Shown here: positions 1 to 9,696 of the stretch, piece after piece | Layout of the letters: each line of letters starts with the position of its first letter | How positions within the stretch are numbered: the first letter of the stretch is position 1 | Source of the DNA: a virus | Direction: 5' to 3' (one strand) | IMG/VR virus record: IMGVR_UViG_3300044844_000428 | Length of the DNA: 64,000 bases | Notes under the pieces: generated by a model | Told to the model about the DNA's origin: nothing | Database searches by the model: none | Seen by the model: the letters and a program-made list of their open reading frames with translations, nothing else | Made by a program: the position numbers and the translations under genes

Positions 1-84
1 TCTACACCTTGAATCAATCCAGTGTATTCTGGTTTCTGTTTTAACACTAATACGTTCTTACCAAGTACCTGCATTTTTATTTCC

Positions 85-348
85 TTATTTATTGTAGTCA
101 TTAAATGAACCAGTTAACAAGTTCATTCGGAATTCTTCGATCATCCAAAGAGCAGTTTTTGAATCAACTCCATTAGATACCGTCAATAGTAATCCATCTT
201 TGGTATATGCTAACGTGAGAGCCAAATCTATTTCATCTCTAAGGTCAGCCATTTGTTCATAGTATTCGTCATCTAGTTGCTTTTGGAATTCAGCATCAGA
301 TGGTTTTTCTTTGTCTTTTTTGCTTACCAATTGTATTAAATCGCTCAT
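85..348 (-). CDS. hypothetical protein
   Basis: 87-aa ORF in a packed minus-strand gene run. Confidence 0.7.
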   Translation of the reverse strand: MSDLIQLVSKKDKEKPSDAEFQKQLDDEYYEQMADLRDEIDLALTLAYTKDGLLLTVSNGVDSKTALWMIEEFRMNLLTGSFNDYNK

Positions 349-503
349 TTCAGTTCCTTAGCATTTTGTAGTTTACAATGACCAACACATTTTGATGCAG
401 TTTTACCAAAAGCACAACACCAATCATTATACTTTATTAATCTTGAATCTTTAGGATGTCCTGCAATGTGATGGAATTTACATCCTTTGCAGTGACTAGT
501 CAT
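345..503 (-). CDS. small Cys/His-rich protein (52 aa, not in ORF track)
   Basis: Translated by hand: MTSHCKGCKFHH...WCCAFGKTASKCVGHCKL; stop overlaps next start (ATGA). Confidence 0.6.
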   Translation of the reverse strand: MTSHCKGCKFHHIAGHPKDSRLIKYNDWCCAFGKTASKCVGHCKLQNAKELK

Positions 504-597
504 GAGAACACCCTTTTAAGTTTGAAAACGATTTCAGTAAGGAATACCATAACTATAGTATATAGTATAGTCTTTTCTAATAATCTGATTATAAAGG

Positions 598-783
598 TCA
601 TAGCATTGATTCCGCTTTACGTTTTAGTTTAGCATCCCATCTTACCAAGTATTCTTCAAGTTTATCGGCATCCCAAACTCCATCTTTTGAAGGTGGGATA
701 TAACCAGAATATTCCGCCATCTCAACCTGGACTTTTGAACAACCAAGTCTCTCCATTATCTCTTTTATTGATACGGTTTTCAT
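598..783 (-). CDS. small protein, possible HTH DNA-binding
   Basis: MKTVSIKEIMERLGCSK resembles excisionase/MerR-type HTH N-termini. Confidence 0.45.
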   Translation of the reverse strand: MKTVSIKEIMERLGCSKVQVEMAEYSGYIPPSKDGVWDADKLEEYLVRWDAKLKRKAESML

Positions 784-1186
784 TGTACTCCTTGAACAGA
801 TTAATTATGATTTCAGATGCCTGAATAGCATCCTCTTTATCTAAATACAGCAATCCATTTTTAAACATCCAATTATCAAATGCATCTTCAGACCAAGTAT
901 AACCAGTATATCCATTAGGTCCCATATTTGGAAAGTAATATGGAGTTCCATGATAAGGTTTTTCAGTTTCAGGAAATCCAAATGGTCTAGTAAGTTCTTT
1001 TACTAAATTATCATCCCAATTGCGCCAACACATACCTTGCTCATTATAGTTATCGTAAGTTCTTTCTGTACAAGTAAGAGTGGTTCCTATAAAGTTATAA
1101 CCAGAACTAATGGTATAATCTGTTGCTACAATAGCAACCTTAGTACCACTGTCAGTTACGTAAGTTTTTCCAATTTCAATTTTCAT
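722..1186 (-). CDS. hypothetical protein
   Basis: 154-aa ORF in early gene run. Confidence 0.6.
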   Translation of the reverse strand: MKIEIGKTYVTDSGTKVAIVATDYTISSGYNFIGTTLTCTERTYDNYNEQGMCWRNWDDNLVKELTRPFGFPETEKPYHGTPYYFPNMGPNGYTGYTWSEDAFDNWMFKNGLLYLDKEDAIQASEIIINLFKEYNENRINKRDNGETWLFKSPG

Positions 1187-2626
1187 AGTTTAGTATAGTT
1201 GTGTTTGCTGATTGAATTATGACAATGGACACCATTAATCCAAGTAGGATCTTTGTATAGTCCATCATTATGTTGTTTGTTTTGAACATCAATCAAATGA
1301 GCAACAGCATTTGCTTCTTTGATTTGAGTAAGCACTTGATTGAATTGCATATTATCCACCATTGTTTCTAAGTCTTGTCTGTACTTGATATTACTATTGA
1401 TAATGTAATTAATTACCGTTGGATTTATTTTCATTCTTGAGTTCCTTTCCTAAGTCATGTTCAACCAAACATTTATCTATTTCCATTCTAAATATTTCAT
1501 ACTTCAGTCGTTTTACTTCATCTTCAAGTCGGAACAATTGGTCGTATTTGACTTGTAAATTGCAGTACAATCTTGATTGTTCTTCTCTAAGTTTGTTAAT
1601 TATATCAGACATCGCATTTGGCTCTTAACATCATATTGACAAAGTACTTTCTAACTCGAGTATAATCAACCATCATCTCGATTATTAGAATGATAAAGAA
1701 TGCTGCAACAACAAAGAATCCAGAAGTTGCAATGTAGAAAAAGAATGGCAGTATAGAAACTGCTAATAGTACATCAATAAAATAGATAAAATTCTTTCCG
1801 TTCATTATTTTCTCTCCAATGAATCAACCATTCCCCAAGCTCCAATCATAATACCAACAAAAGAAATTGTAAGTTCTGTTGGCATATCAACTATTCCTTC
1901 TAGATTGACAGCAGAAAAAATAATAAACAAAGCAAGTATAAATCTTATTTGGCCTTTCACGTTATTCTCCGAGTTTGTTTTAATATCTATCATAATAATT
2001 CTCCAAATTCAAAATCGCCATAATCGTCAAGTGCTTCTAATAATCCATCAAAATCTTCTTCAGGACCAAATAAATCCGCAAGTTCAAGTACTATTCCAAG
2101 TTCAATGCCATAATCTTCTGACAAATGATTTAAATAATTATTTCTATTGGTATAACCATTTTCTTTATAAATGCTCATTTTAATTCTCCGCTGATGACAT
2201 GTATGAAATAATGTTTTTAACTTCATCAACAGGAATTCCTATTTCATACGTTATTTCTTTTATTGACATTCCGCCGAAGTACATATTAAGAACTAATTGT
2301 TCATAATCATGATTTTTCATTCTTACCATTTGTTCAGTTACTTCAGGTTGACTAAAAAATTTATCAAATTCCGCTTGAGGATCATACATTTTACCAGTTA
2401 CTTTATCTTGAACGACCATGGTAATCTCCTAAATTGTTTTATAATGGACAGGTCTTTCATATCTACCAGTAGTATTGCTACGATAGATTGATATTGACAA
2501 AAAGTTAATGATTATAGAAACACTTTCACCATAGTTGATGTTTAGATTTGTTGGCCAAAATTGTGTTAAACCTTCAGCTTCAAGTGCTTCATTAAGAGTT
2601 TCAAAATATGTAGGTTCTGTTTTCAT
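1183..2626 (-). other. run of small early hypothetical ORFs (1183-1434, 1409-1612, 1605-1805 membrane, 1805-1993 membrane, 1990-2229, 2180-2419, 2429-2626)
   Basis: Abutting or overlapping minus-strand ORFs downstream of the early promoter at 2647-2687; two are hydrophobic. Confidence 0.6.
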
Positions 2627-2646
2627 GATATAAATCCTCTATTAGT

Positions 2647-2687
2647 TGGTATGAGTCTATTATATCATGGTTTCAGTAATAGTACAC
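2647..2687 (-). promoter_or_regulatory. early sigma70-type promoter cassette
   Basis: GTGTAC-N17-TATAAT followed by AGACTCATACC, shared with copies near 17961, 18244, 49003, 51012. Confidence 0.75.
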
Positions 2688-2722
2688 AAAAGAATGCAAA
2701 ATAATCAAATTATTTTCGGGGC

Positions 2723-2753
2723 AATAAAAAGCCAGTACAGAGACTGGCTTTAT
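2723..2753 (-). terminator. intrinsic terminator after RNA ligase
   Basis: GCCAGT/ACTGGC hairpin with U-tract on the minus strand. Confidence 0.75.
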
Positions 2754-2767
2754 CGTTACACCAAAAG

Positions 2768-3814
2768 TTACTTTTCGTTCAATAAGAACTTCTGAGAGAT
2801 TGCTTTGAATGAGAATTGACCATCAGTTCGTTTGAATACCAGACCTTCTCTAACTTTAGCATTAATCGATTCACCTTCAGCCATCTTCAATATGTCTTCA
2901 ATATTTCCATGCGGTAAAGGACCGACGTAATAAGTAGGAGCTTTGTCTCCTGTATAACCTAATTCTCGCAATTCATCAATACGGATCATTCTATCGGCAA
3001 AATCAAGATAGCATTGGTTATCAATGTCAAAAATATCGAAAATGAACAACTTATGATAATCAAATCCTTCTTTATTACCTTGAATACCAGGTCCCATTAA
3101 TTCACCTTGGACCGCAATATTCTCATTAAGTGCAATCAATGCTTTCAGTAATCCAGTCGACTTAGCAATCTCAACGAATGAATTGCCTTCTTGCTCAAGT
3201 TTCAAATCTAAATTTCTTGAACAGACACCTACCAAACCAGCATTATGATAAACTGTGCATGACGAGCCATCTAACTTCAAAGACACTTCAAAATGCCTTT
3301 GGTGGAAAAATTCATGGTCAATTTCTTCTACCAAATTCTGGCATCTTTCTTGGTCAGTCTTGCGGATAAATGCAGGAAAATTACCTTTCATCTGACCACG
3401 AAGATTTGCAGGAATAGGAGCTTCCCATTTCTGAACATTCAAAAAATCAGATACATCTATAGTTTCTGCTGAGTCTGGCAAATGACTATTATATTCAGTA
3501 GAGTCCAAAAGATTCATTGGTAATAGTAATCCTTGAGACACTTGACCTTTCAACTTGATAGTTCTTAATCGTTCACCTTTAACACCATTATACTCTTTAG
3601 GTTCTTTACCTTTAGATAAGAATGGAGCAATATCATGAGGAATCCAAGAATCGATTTCAGCATAGAGTACTAAATCACCTACATTATATTTTCCCACTTG
3701 GTCAACTACCCACCAACCTTTAACTCTGTATGCACAAATCAAATCAGCACCAGTAATGGATTTGATTTCAACTACTGGATTGATAGTAACCATTTTTCTA
3801 AATTCTACAGGCAT
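2768..3814 (-). CDS. RNA ligase, Rnl2/DRB0094-like, with N-terminal OB-like domain
   Basis: KLDGSS adenylation motif, GELMG, FDIF, REGLVFK, FKAIS; start at 3814 has a GGAG RBS. Confidence 0.88.
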   Translation of the reverse strand: MPVEFRKMVTINPVVEIKSITGADLICAYRVKGWWVVDQVGKYNVGDLVLYAEIDSWIPHDIAPFLSKGKEPKEYNGVKGERLRTIKLKGQVSQGLLLPMNLLDSTEYNSHLPDSAETIDVSDFLNVQKWEAPIPANLRGQMKGNFPAFIRKTDQERCQNLVEEIDHEFFHQRHFEVSLKLDGSSCTVYHNAGLVGVCSRNLDLKLEQEGNSFVEIAKSTGLLKALIALNENIAVQGELMGPGIQGNKEGFDYHKLFIFDIFDIDNQCYLDFADRMIRIDELRELGYTGDKAPTYYVGPLPHGNIEDILKMAEGESINAKVREGLVFKRTDGQFSFKAISQKFLLNEK

Positions 3815-3825
3815 ATAAGTTCTCC

Positions 3826-4122
3826 TCAAATATCAACTAAAATTTTAACTTCGTCCCAACCAATCCATTCCCAATCCGGTTTAACAATGATTTTGTATCT
3901 TGTAGAAGTACCTTGTTCTATACATTTCTGGTTTAGATTATCCACAAGTACCAAAGCATTGCAAAGTGACTTTGCAGATTCAACACCTTTCTTTGTGTTG
4001 GTATTAACAATAAGATATTCATCTAATTTTTCAAATTGCGCCATAATAACCTCATAAAGTATTGACAATATCATTATATCATATAATACAGTCTTGTAAA
4101 CATTAATGCAGAGTTTGTCCAT
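3826..4122 (-). CDS. hypothetical protein
   Basis: ORF track; true start probably internal MAQFE. Confidence 0.55.
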   Translation of the reverse strand: MDKLCINVYKTVLYDIMILSILYEVIMAQFEKLDEYLIVNTNTKKGVESAKSLCNALVLVDNLNQKCIEQGTSTRYKIIVKPDWEWIGWDEVKILVDI

Positions 4123-4287
4123 TTCTCATAACAGCACAGACACCGGCAAGGTATTGTTTTAATGTCTCATTAGCAATCATATCTGCAAAAGTTTCTAATG
4201 GGATTTTCAAGTCCTCATCCGATGTGATAACACCATCATTACTAACTTTAAATCCAGCTCTTTCAGCATATTCATATAACCAATACA

Positions 4288-4464
4288 TTATCTACTCCAA
4301 TTATCATTCCAACGATGACTATGTTGGTACTCGTGCCAATGGTTATTATGATTGGGATACAATACAACAGTGCCTGGATAATAACTATATCCGCGATAAG
4401 AAGTGGGATATACTGCACATCCAGTAAGTAAGCAGCAAACAAACGTAAAGTATAAATTCTTCAT
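4288..4464 (-). CDS. small putative lipoprotein (58 aa, not in ORF track)
   Basis: MKNLYFTFVCCLLTGC signal peptide with LTGC lipobox; His/Trp/Asn-rich tail. Confidence 0.6.
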   Translation of the reverse strand: MKNLYFTFVCCLLTGCAVYPTSYRGYSYYPGTVVLYPNHNNHWHEYQHSHRWNDNWSR

Positions 4465-4477
4465 GTTTCATAAATCC

Positions 4478-4951
4478 TCAGCGTGAATAGTAGTTTACAG
4501 TAAAGTCATCAAATTCTCTAATATTGTACTTTTCAAATTCTGACGGAACATAAAAAGTAATATCACCTTTGACTTCTAACTTCATTCTTGATACAATAGC
4601 AATCCTACAATAAGCTATAAGAGCAAGATATATCTCACCTCCACCACAAATCATAAAACTTACTGTTGGATTACATTGAGCATAAGTCAAGAAATTATCA
4701 ATTGTCATGGTAGTAAATCCTGCTAATTTATAATTAGGATCTCTACTTAATACAATACAGTCACGCCCAGGTAATTTGCCAGTAGTTTCAGCAGTAATCC
4801 TACCCATAACTATAGTAGAACCCATTGTCGTATTTTTGAAGTGTTTAAGTTCTTCTCTGCAATGCCAAAGCATACCAGGAGTGTATGAGTCTCCAATAAC
4901 ACCGAATTTTGCTACTGCGGCAATTAAATATAAATTATCAAATGGCTTCAC
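4478..4951 (-). CDS. frd: dihydrofolate reductase
   Basis: GVIG..LWH, FKNTTMGSTIVMGRIT, LPGRDCIVLSR, ICGGGEIY. Confidence 0.9.
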   Translation of the reverse strand: MKPFDNLYLIAAVAKFGVIGDSYTPGMLWHCREELKHFKNTTMGSTIVMGRITAETTGKLPGRDCIVLSRDPNYKLAGFTTMTIDNFLTYAQCNPTVSFMICGGGEIYLALIAYCRIAIVSRMKLEVKGDITFYVPSEFEKYNIREFDDFTVNYYSR

Positions 4952-5937
4952 ACTGCAACCTCAGCTTTAATAGATCCAAGTGACCTGTAATCTTTAATTG
5001 TATAACTATATTCATTAATCTCATCAATAGAATTATAATGGTCATTGAATACCAACGTAGGTAATGCATATTCTGCAAGATTCCGCGATAGTAGTTCTTT
5101 TGTTTGGTTGATATGATTCTTATATAGATGAACATCACCAAATGAGATAATCAAATTCTCTGGTAACATATTTGTCAAATTGCCGAGTATTTCAGTGAAC
5201 AACGCATAACTAGCAATATTGTAGGGAACGCCTAAAAATATATCAGCACTTCTTTGGTATAAATGACAAGATAATCCATACTTAGGAACACCAACATTGT
5301 TCATTAGATTCTCATAGTCCCTATCATAACCAAGTCCAAAATGAGTACCAAAATATTTCTGGACATACAGAACTGCACGCTCGTTGAAAGACAATTGTCT
5401 GACACCAAACTGTACAAAAGCATGACAAGGCGCCAAAGCCATCTTACCTGATTCTACATTTTCCTGAGGCGTCAATTCTTCGCTTGGCAAATCAGCAACA
5501 TTCCATGCTGATATGATATGACGACGACTAAATGGTCTTTCTTTAAGACCACGGATAAGATTTTCAATTTGATCAATACCATCCATAGATTCTGTTGGCA
5601 TATTTGGAATAGGAACCGCACCCCAGTTACGCCACTGTTTACCGTAGATTGGACCTAAGTCACCCGATGGGGTTGACCATTCTTCCCAAATGGTTGGTTT
5701 ATCATTGCCATTCAATTTTCTTAAATCTTCATTATTTGTATACCCATTCAAGAACCACAATAGTTCGTTTGAGATTGTCTTGAATGAAGTAAACTTGCCA
5801 GTGAGCAATGGAAATCCAGATTGAAGATTGAATTTAAGTTGCTCACCGAAAAGTGAAAGAGTGCCAACTCCTGTCCTATCATTAGTTGGATTACCAGTTT
5901 CCATGATTTTCTGAAGAAGATCGTAATATTGTTTCAT
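4948..5937 (-). CDS. td: thymidylate synthase ThyA
   Basis: DRTGVGT, ELLWFL, GPIYGKQWR, MALAPCH, YQRSADIFLGVPYNIASY, DVHLYKNH. Confidence 0.97.
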   Translation of the reverse strand: MKQYYDLLQKIMETGNPTNDRTGVGTLSLFGEQLKFNLQSGFPLLTGKFTSFKTISNELLWFLNGYTNNEDLRKLNGNDKPTIWEEWSTPSGDLGPIYGKQWRNWGAVPIPNMPTESMDGIDQIENLIRGLKERPFSRRHIISAWNVADLPSEELTPQENVESGKMALAPCHAFVQFGVRQLSFNERAVLYVQKYFGTHFGLGYDRDYENLMNNVGVPKYGLSCHLYQRSADIFLGVPYNIASYALFTEILGNLTNMLPENLIISFGDVHLYKNHINQTKELLSRNLAEYALPTLVFNDHYNSIDEINEYSYTIKDYRSLGSIKAEVAV

Positions 5938-7126
5938 AGATGCTTTACCTGTGCAAAATCTAAAAGTATTTTTACTTTTTCTACTGGAATAATCAAATCA
6001 CCATAATCGTCAGTAGTTCCTGATGCTATTGCTTTAACAATTAGTTCCAAGTCTATGTATCTCACCCAATAACCATCATCTGATTCTTCCATCAAATGGA
6101 TACCAGCATTAAGTTTAAATCTTCTCATACTCCCTCGCCATATAGTTTTTTAATTTCATCGTACCGTGATAATGGCCATACAGTTTCGAACTCGTCATTA
6201 TCTGTTTTGTTAAGACAAAATTTAAGCACCTCAGCATAATATTTACCTGCGCGTTCTTCTGGCACTTGTTCAGCAACTTCAATTGCCAATTCTGCATTAG
6301 TAAAAACTCCAACCACGTAAGAATGTCTTTCACGGTCACCGAATCTATAAGCTGTTACGACATATACATTAGCCATTAGTATTCTCCAAGTTTAAGTTCA
6401 TTAGAAATATTATCAAACCAACAAGTATCACTACCATGAGGATCTAACTTCTCTGGTATGAACAAATGTTCCCATCTTCTAGATTCATTGGACGTAACTT
6501 TAACTTGTGCATCCTGAGGAAGAGTTTGTAGATACGTCATGAATTCAGCTACAGTAGTCATTATTTTACTCCAAAATGGTTTCTAATTCTTTTTGCGCAT
6601 TCATCCACAACAAATCCATCCACTGGACCATAGTGTTCAGTTCCTGTTACAGACGAGCATTGACTGATACATTCTTGTATAATCAATTCAGCAAACTTTT
6701 CAACGTCCCGAGTCAAGTTAGAAGTATTCCATCCATCATCATCAAGTAGTTTAACTTGGTAAGCAAGTTCTTTAATTTTATCTTTCATAATTTGGTTCCA
6801 ATGGCTCTTTCAGCTTCAAGTTGGTTCAATTTAAAATTTTCGAGTATTTCAGCAAGAGTCTGTTCTAATACATTCATTTTATTCTCCTAGCAATCATTAG
6901 AACATTTACGGATTTCTTCGAGTGTATAGACTCCGCCATTGACGATAACCATCAAGCCAATTTTAGTATTAAATACCTTGAAATATGAATGCTTAGTTGA
7001 TTGATAGATGATTCCACTGGTAAGTACGGCGCCAATGAGTAATCCATATATTGCAAATAGGATATTGGTTTTGAAAGCAGGATTTGCTTTGGTGATTTTT
7101 GATAGCATGATTAAGTTCCTCGTCAA
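5934..7126 (-). other. run of small hypothetical ORFs (5934-6128, 6125-6376, 6376-6561, 6561-6788, 6887-7108 membrane)
   Basis: Abutting ORFs downstream of the promoter at about 7140-7168. Confidence 0.6.
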
Positions 7127-7180
7127 GTTAAGATGGTACTATTATATCATATAGTACCATCTTGTACATTATTATTTTAG

Positions 7181-7235
7181 TATAAATACAATAATGGAAC
7201 TGCATAGGGATATGCATGGACAAGGATGTTCAAAC
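7181..7235 (+). ncRNA. candidate late sRNA with CsrA/RsmA-type GGA sites
   Basis: TATAAATA at 7181-7188, then four A(N)GGA motifs, two in hairpin loops (TGCATA-GGGA-TATGCA; ACA-AGGA-TGT). Confidence 0.5.
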
Positions 7236-7676
7236 TAAATCTACGAATAACCCAACTTCTTCAAACATAGCTTTTGATTTAAGCCAAGAGTCATACCAAT
7301 TAGGTTTAGACATTAGACATTCTTTACTTACGTAAATCTCACTAATTCCAACTTGAATAATTCCCTTGGCGCATTCAAGACATACTGGAAGTCCATACAC
7401 ATATATTGCTGCTCCATCTAATGATGTTCCTGTATATGAAGCATTATAGATTAGATTCTTTTCAGCATGTACAATATAGTCATACTTAATTTCACGATTT
7501 TCTAATCTCTCAATAGTATCAGATATTCCTCTTGGAAAACCATTGAACCCAGTAGCTAAGATTTGTTTTTTGCTTCCTACTGCAACTGCACCGACTTTAG
7601 TACTGGGGTCTTTGGACCATAAGGACACAGCTTTCGCCATGTCCATGAATCTATTATTCCATTTGTTTTCCATCAT
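7230..7676 (-). CDS. cd: dCMP deaminase
   Basis: SKDPSTKVGA, GFNGFPRG, VHAEKN, PVCLECAK zinc motifs. Confidence 0.95.
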   Translation of the reverse strand: MMENKWNNRFMDMAKAVSLWSKDPSTKVGAVAVGSKKQILATGFNGFPRGISDTIERLENREIKYDYIVHAEKNLIYNASYTGTSLDGAAIYVYGLPVCLECAKGIIQVGISEIYVSKECLMSKPNWYDSWLKSKAMFEEVGLFVDLV

Positions 7677-7942
7677 TATCTGCGTTCGTAAATATACACA
7701 TCAGATCTTTCAGAGTGCTGAATTTTGATGTTATAGAACCATGTTGGTTGGTTATAATAGTAAGGAGCTGCGGGATTATCATGGCCTAGTCTACCACGAA
7801 GAACTACTCTTTGTTTGACTTTACGAAGATGGTTTGTTTCATTAATATATTGGCGTAACTGTTCAACAAATACTCGGTCAACTGGGTTGGTCATTTTGAC
7901 AGTGGTAACATAATTTTTAGAAGATCTTGGTTTGCTGCTCAT
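7676..7942 (-). CDS. hypothetical protein
   Basis: 88-aa ORF with its own upstream promoter (about 7996-8024). Confidence 0.65.
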   Translation of the reverse strand: MSSKPRSSKNYVTTVKMTNPVDRVFVEQLRQYINETNHLRKVKQRVVLRGRLGHDNPAAPYYYNQPTWFYNIKIQHSERSDVYIYERR

Positions 7943-8026
7943 AATATAAAATTCCTGTGTTAATTTATGATTACCATTATTAGTAACCTGAAGCTATTAT
8001 ATCACACCGATTATAAAAGTACACTA

Positions 8027-8695
8027 TTATTTTATCAAATGGAAATGTTTTTCATAAACATGAAGCGATGTTGCATTCCAGATAATATCACCGATTTCGC
8101 ATTGTACTCCACTCTCATTAAGACATTCATGCAATTCAGTATGGACGTGCTGTTGCCAATATAAGTCATTTTTATATCCAAAAATTGCATCATTTGACCT
8201 CATTTGTACGAATGCGTGAAGTTTATTATTTCTAATAAGATATTGAACTGTATTGGTGCAAATAAAATCAGACATTCCCATGGTTTCAAATTCGGCCCAA
8301 ATAGAAGGCCGGGTATAAATCATTATTGCTCTTCTAGAGAATCTATTTCTTACTAATTCTTGAAGTACGTTCTGGAATTGATAATGGTTTTCTCTTGAAT
8401 AAACACACCAACCATAATTAGAATTTATCATTCCATTTGCATCGGCAACCTGTTTCCACACTGCTGGAGTTTCACCTGGAATGTCATTAACGTTAAGAGA
8501 CATAGATTTGTACCATTCTATTTCTCTTTTAGCATAGTCTTCATTAAGAGTTCCAAAGATAGCAGGTTCACTAGCAATAAATGATGTTCCGACAATTTCA
8601 ACCATTTTGCAACCGGTCTTGTCTATTACAAATTCGTCATTTTCCAATAGTGACTTAAATTCATTTCTAATATCTTTTACGGAGTATTGTTCCAT
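8027..8695 (-). CDS. 42: dCMP hydroxymethylase (T4 gp42 ortholog)
   Basis: Near-colinear with T4 gp42: DKTG, REIEWYKS, DIPGETP, INSNYGW, SRRAIMIYTRPS, SDFICTNTVQYLIR, MRSND..FGYKND (Asp specifying cytosine), SLHVY. Confidence 0.95.
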   Translation of the reverse strand: MEQYSVKDIRNEFKSLLENDEFVIDKTGCKMVEIVGTSFIASEPAIFGTLNEDYAKREIEWYKSMSLNVNDIPGETPAVWKQVADANGMINSNYGWCVYSRENHYQFQNVLQELVRNRFSRRAIMIYTRPSIWAEFETMGMSDFICTNTVQYLIRNNKLHAFVQMRSNDAIFGYKNDLYWQQHVHTELHECLNESGVQCEIGDIIWNATSLHVYEKHFHLIK

Positions 8696-9108
8696 TATTT
8701 GTTCACTCCAATAATATTGCCAACGGGTTGTGTTCTGAATTTAGTAGGAATTAAGGCACGATTTTGTTGACCCGTCTTATTGAAAATATCTCTATCAGGT
8801 TGTTGACCATCGATTTCACCTCTCATGTATGAAACTAAGAATGATAAGTAATTGATTCCATCGATAGCAGAATCCTCTATAGATTCAAAATTGACAGATC
8901 CACCCGCTTCCATTGTTTCAATAACAGAAAACATTCGTAAGACTTTAGCATTAATAGTATCTAAAATACTATTGATTCCGTGAGGATAGTAATCTGCCTG
9001 CCTTACTCTTGATGCAGAATTCTGGTAATCATTACCTTTCTTAATTTGAAGAGCAATTGCTTCTTCTAATACTTCAACAGATTTACGTTTTGCTTCAGTC
9101 ATATTCAC
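8695..9108 (-). CDS. nucleotide-modification-associated alpha-helical protein (Nmad1/DUF1599-like, MazG fold)
   Basis: KKGNDY...K.LR...ESIEDSAIDGINY pattern; adjacent to gp42. Confidence 0.75.
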   Translation of the reverse strand: MNMTEAKRKSVEVLEEAIALQIKKGNDYQNSASRVRQADYYPHGINSILDTINAKVLRMFSVIETMEAGGSVNFESIEDSAIDGINYLSFLVSYMRGEIDGQQPDRDIFNKTGQQNRALIPTKFRTQPVGNIIGVNK

Positions 9109-9647
9109 TCCAGGGTTTTAATAATAATATTGTCATTATTGAATCGATGGTCATAATACCATCCTTCATTAAATTTTGATTGCTTGAAATTATCTGAGAA
9201 TTTCTTTGCATTAATAATCATGTAAAAATCTATTAAGTAAGAATCAACATTAGTTGCCATTGTAGCAGTTACCAAATAGTCTAGTGTTTGACAGTGCTTA
9301 AGAAATGTATTAATATTAGACTTTTGATATGTAAAATAGGAATTGTTAAAAGCATGTTTTTTTACTTCAAATTTCAAATCGTCCTTAATAACATCATATT
9401 TGTAAGACTCAGGATTAGTCTTATCGAATTTTAAAGGATTGCGTTGTCCATCAATAACATTAGCAAGAGCATACTCGATAGCAGTATACGCGCAGTGTTC
9501 ATACACTTGTTCAAATGATCTTTCCTTTCTCATGAAAGGTTTTTCAAAAATACTAGAAGCCATCAAATGGACATCATTATGAATAGTATCTTTGTTAATC
9601 TCAACTGTTCCAGCATCTTTTAGCATTAATGCTATTTTTCTAATCAT
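9105..9647 (-). CDS. denB: endonuclease IV-like (DenB) PD-(D/E)xK nuclease
   Basis: AIEYALA..NP.SYKYDV..KFEVKKH and C-terminal QSKFNEGWY align by eye with T4 DenB (YAEFFVA..DPYTYAWDV..RVEVKTH; KSNYNGWY). Confidence 0.7.
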   Translation of the reverse strand: MIRKIALMLKDAGTVEINKDTIHNDVHLMASSIFEKPFMRKERSFEQVYEHCAYTAIEYALANVIDGQRNPLKFDKTNPESYKYDVIKDDLKFEVKKHAFNNSYFTYQKSNINTFLKHCQTLDYLVTATMATNVDSYLIDFYMIINAKKFSDNFKQSKFNEGWYYDHRFNNDNIIIKTLE

Positions 9648-9696
9648 ATAATTCTCATAAATTAATATTATAACTTAATTTCTATATTTGTACACA

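Noticed and set aside
7194-7238. 14-codon plus-strand ORF MELHRDMHGQGCSN after the late promoter
   Set aside because: No RBS and very short; the GGA hairpins explain the sequence better, though leaderless translation is not excluded.
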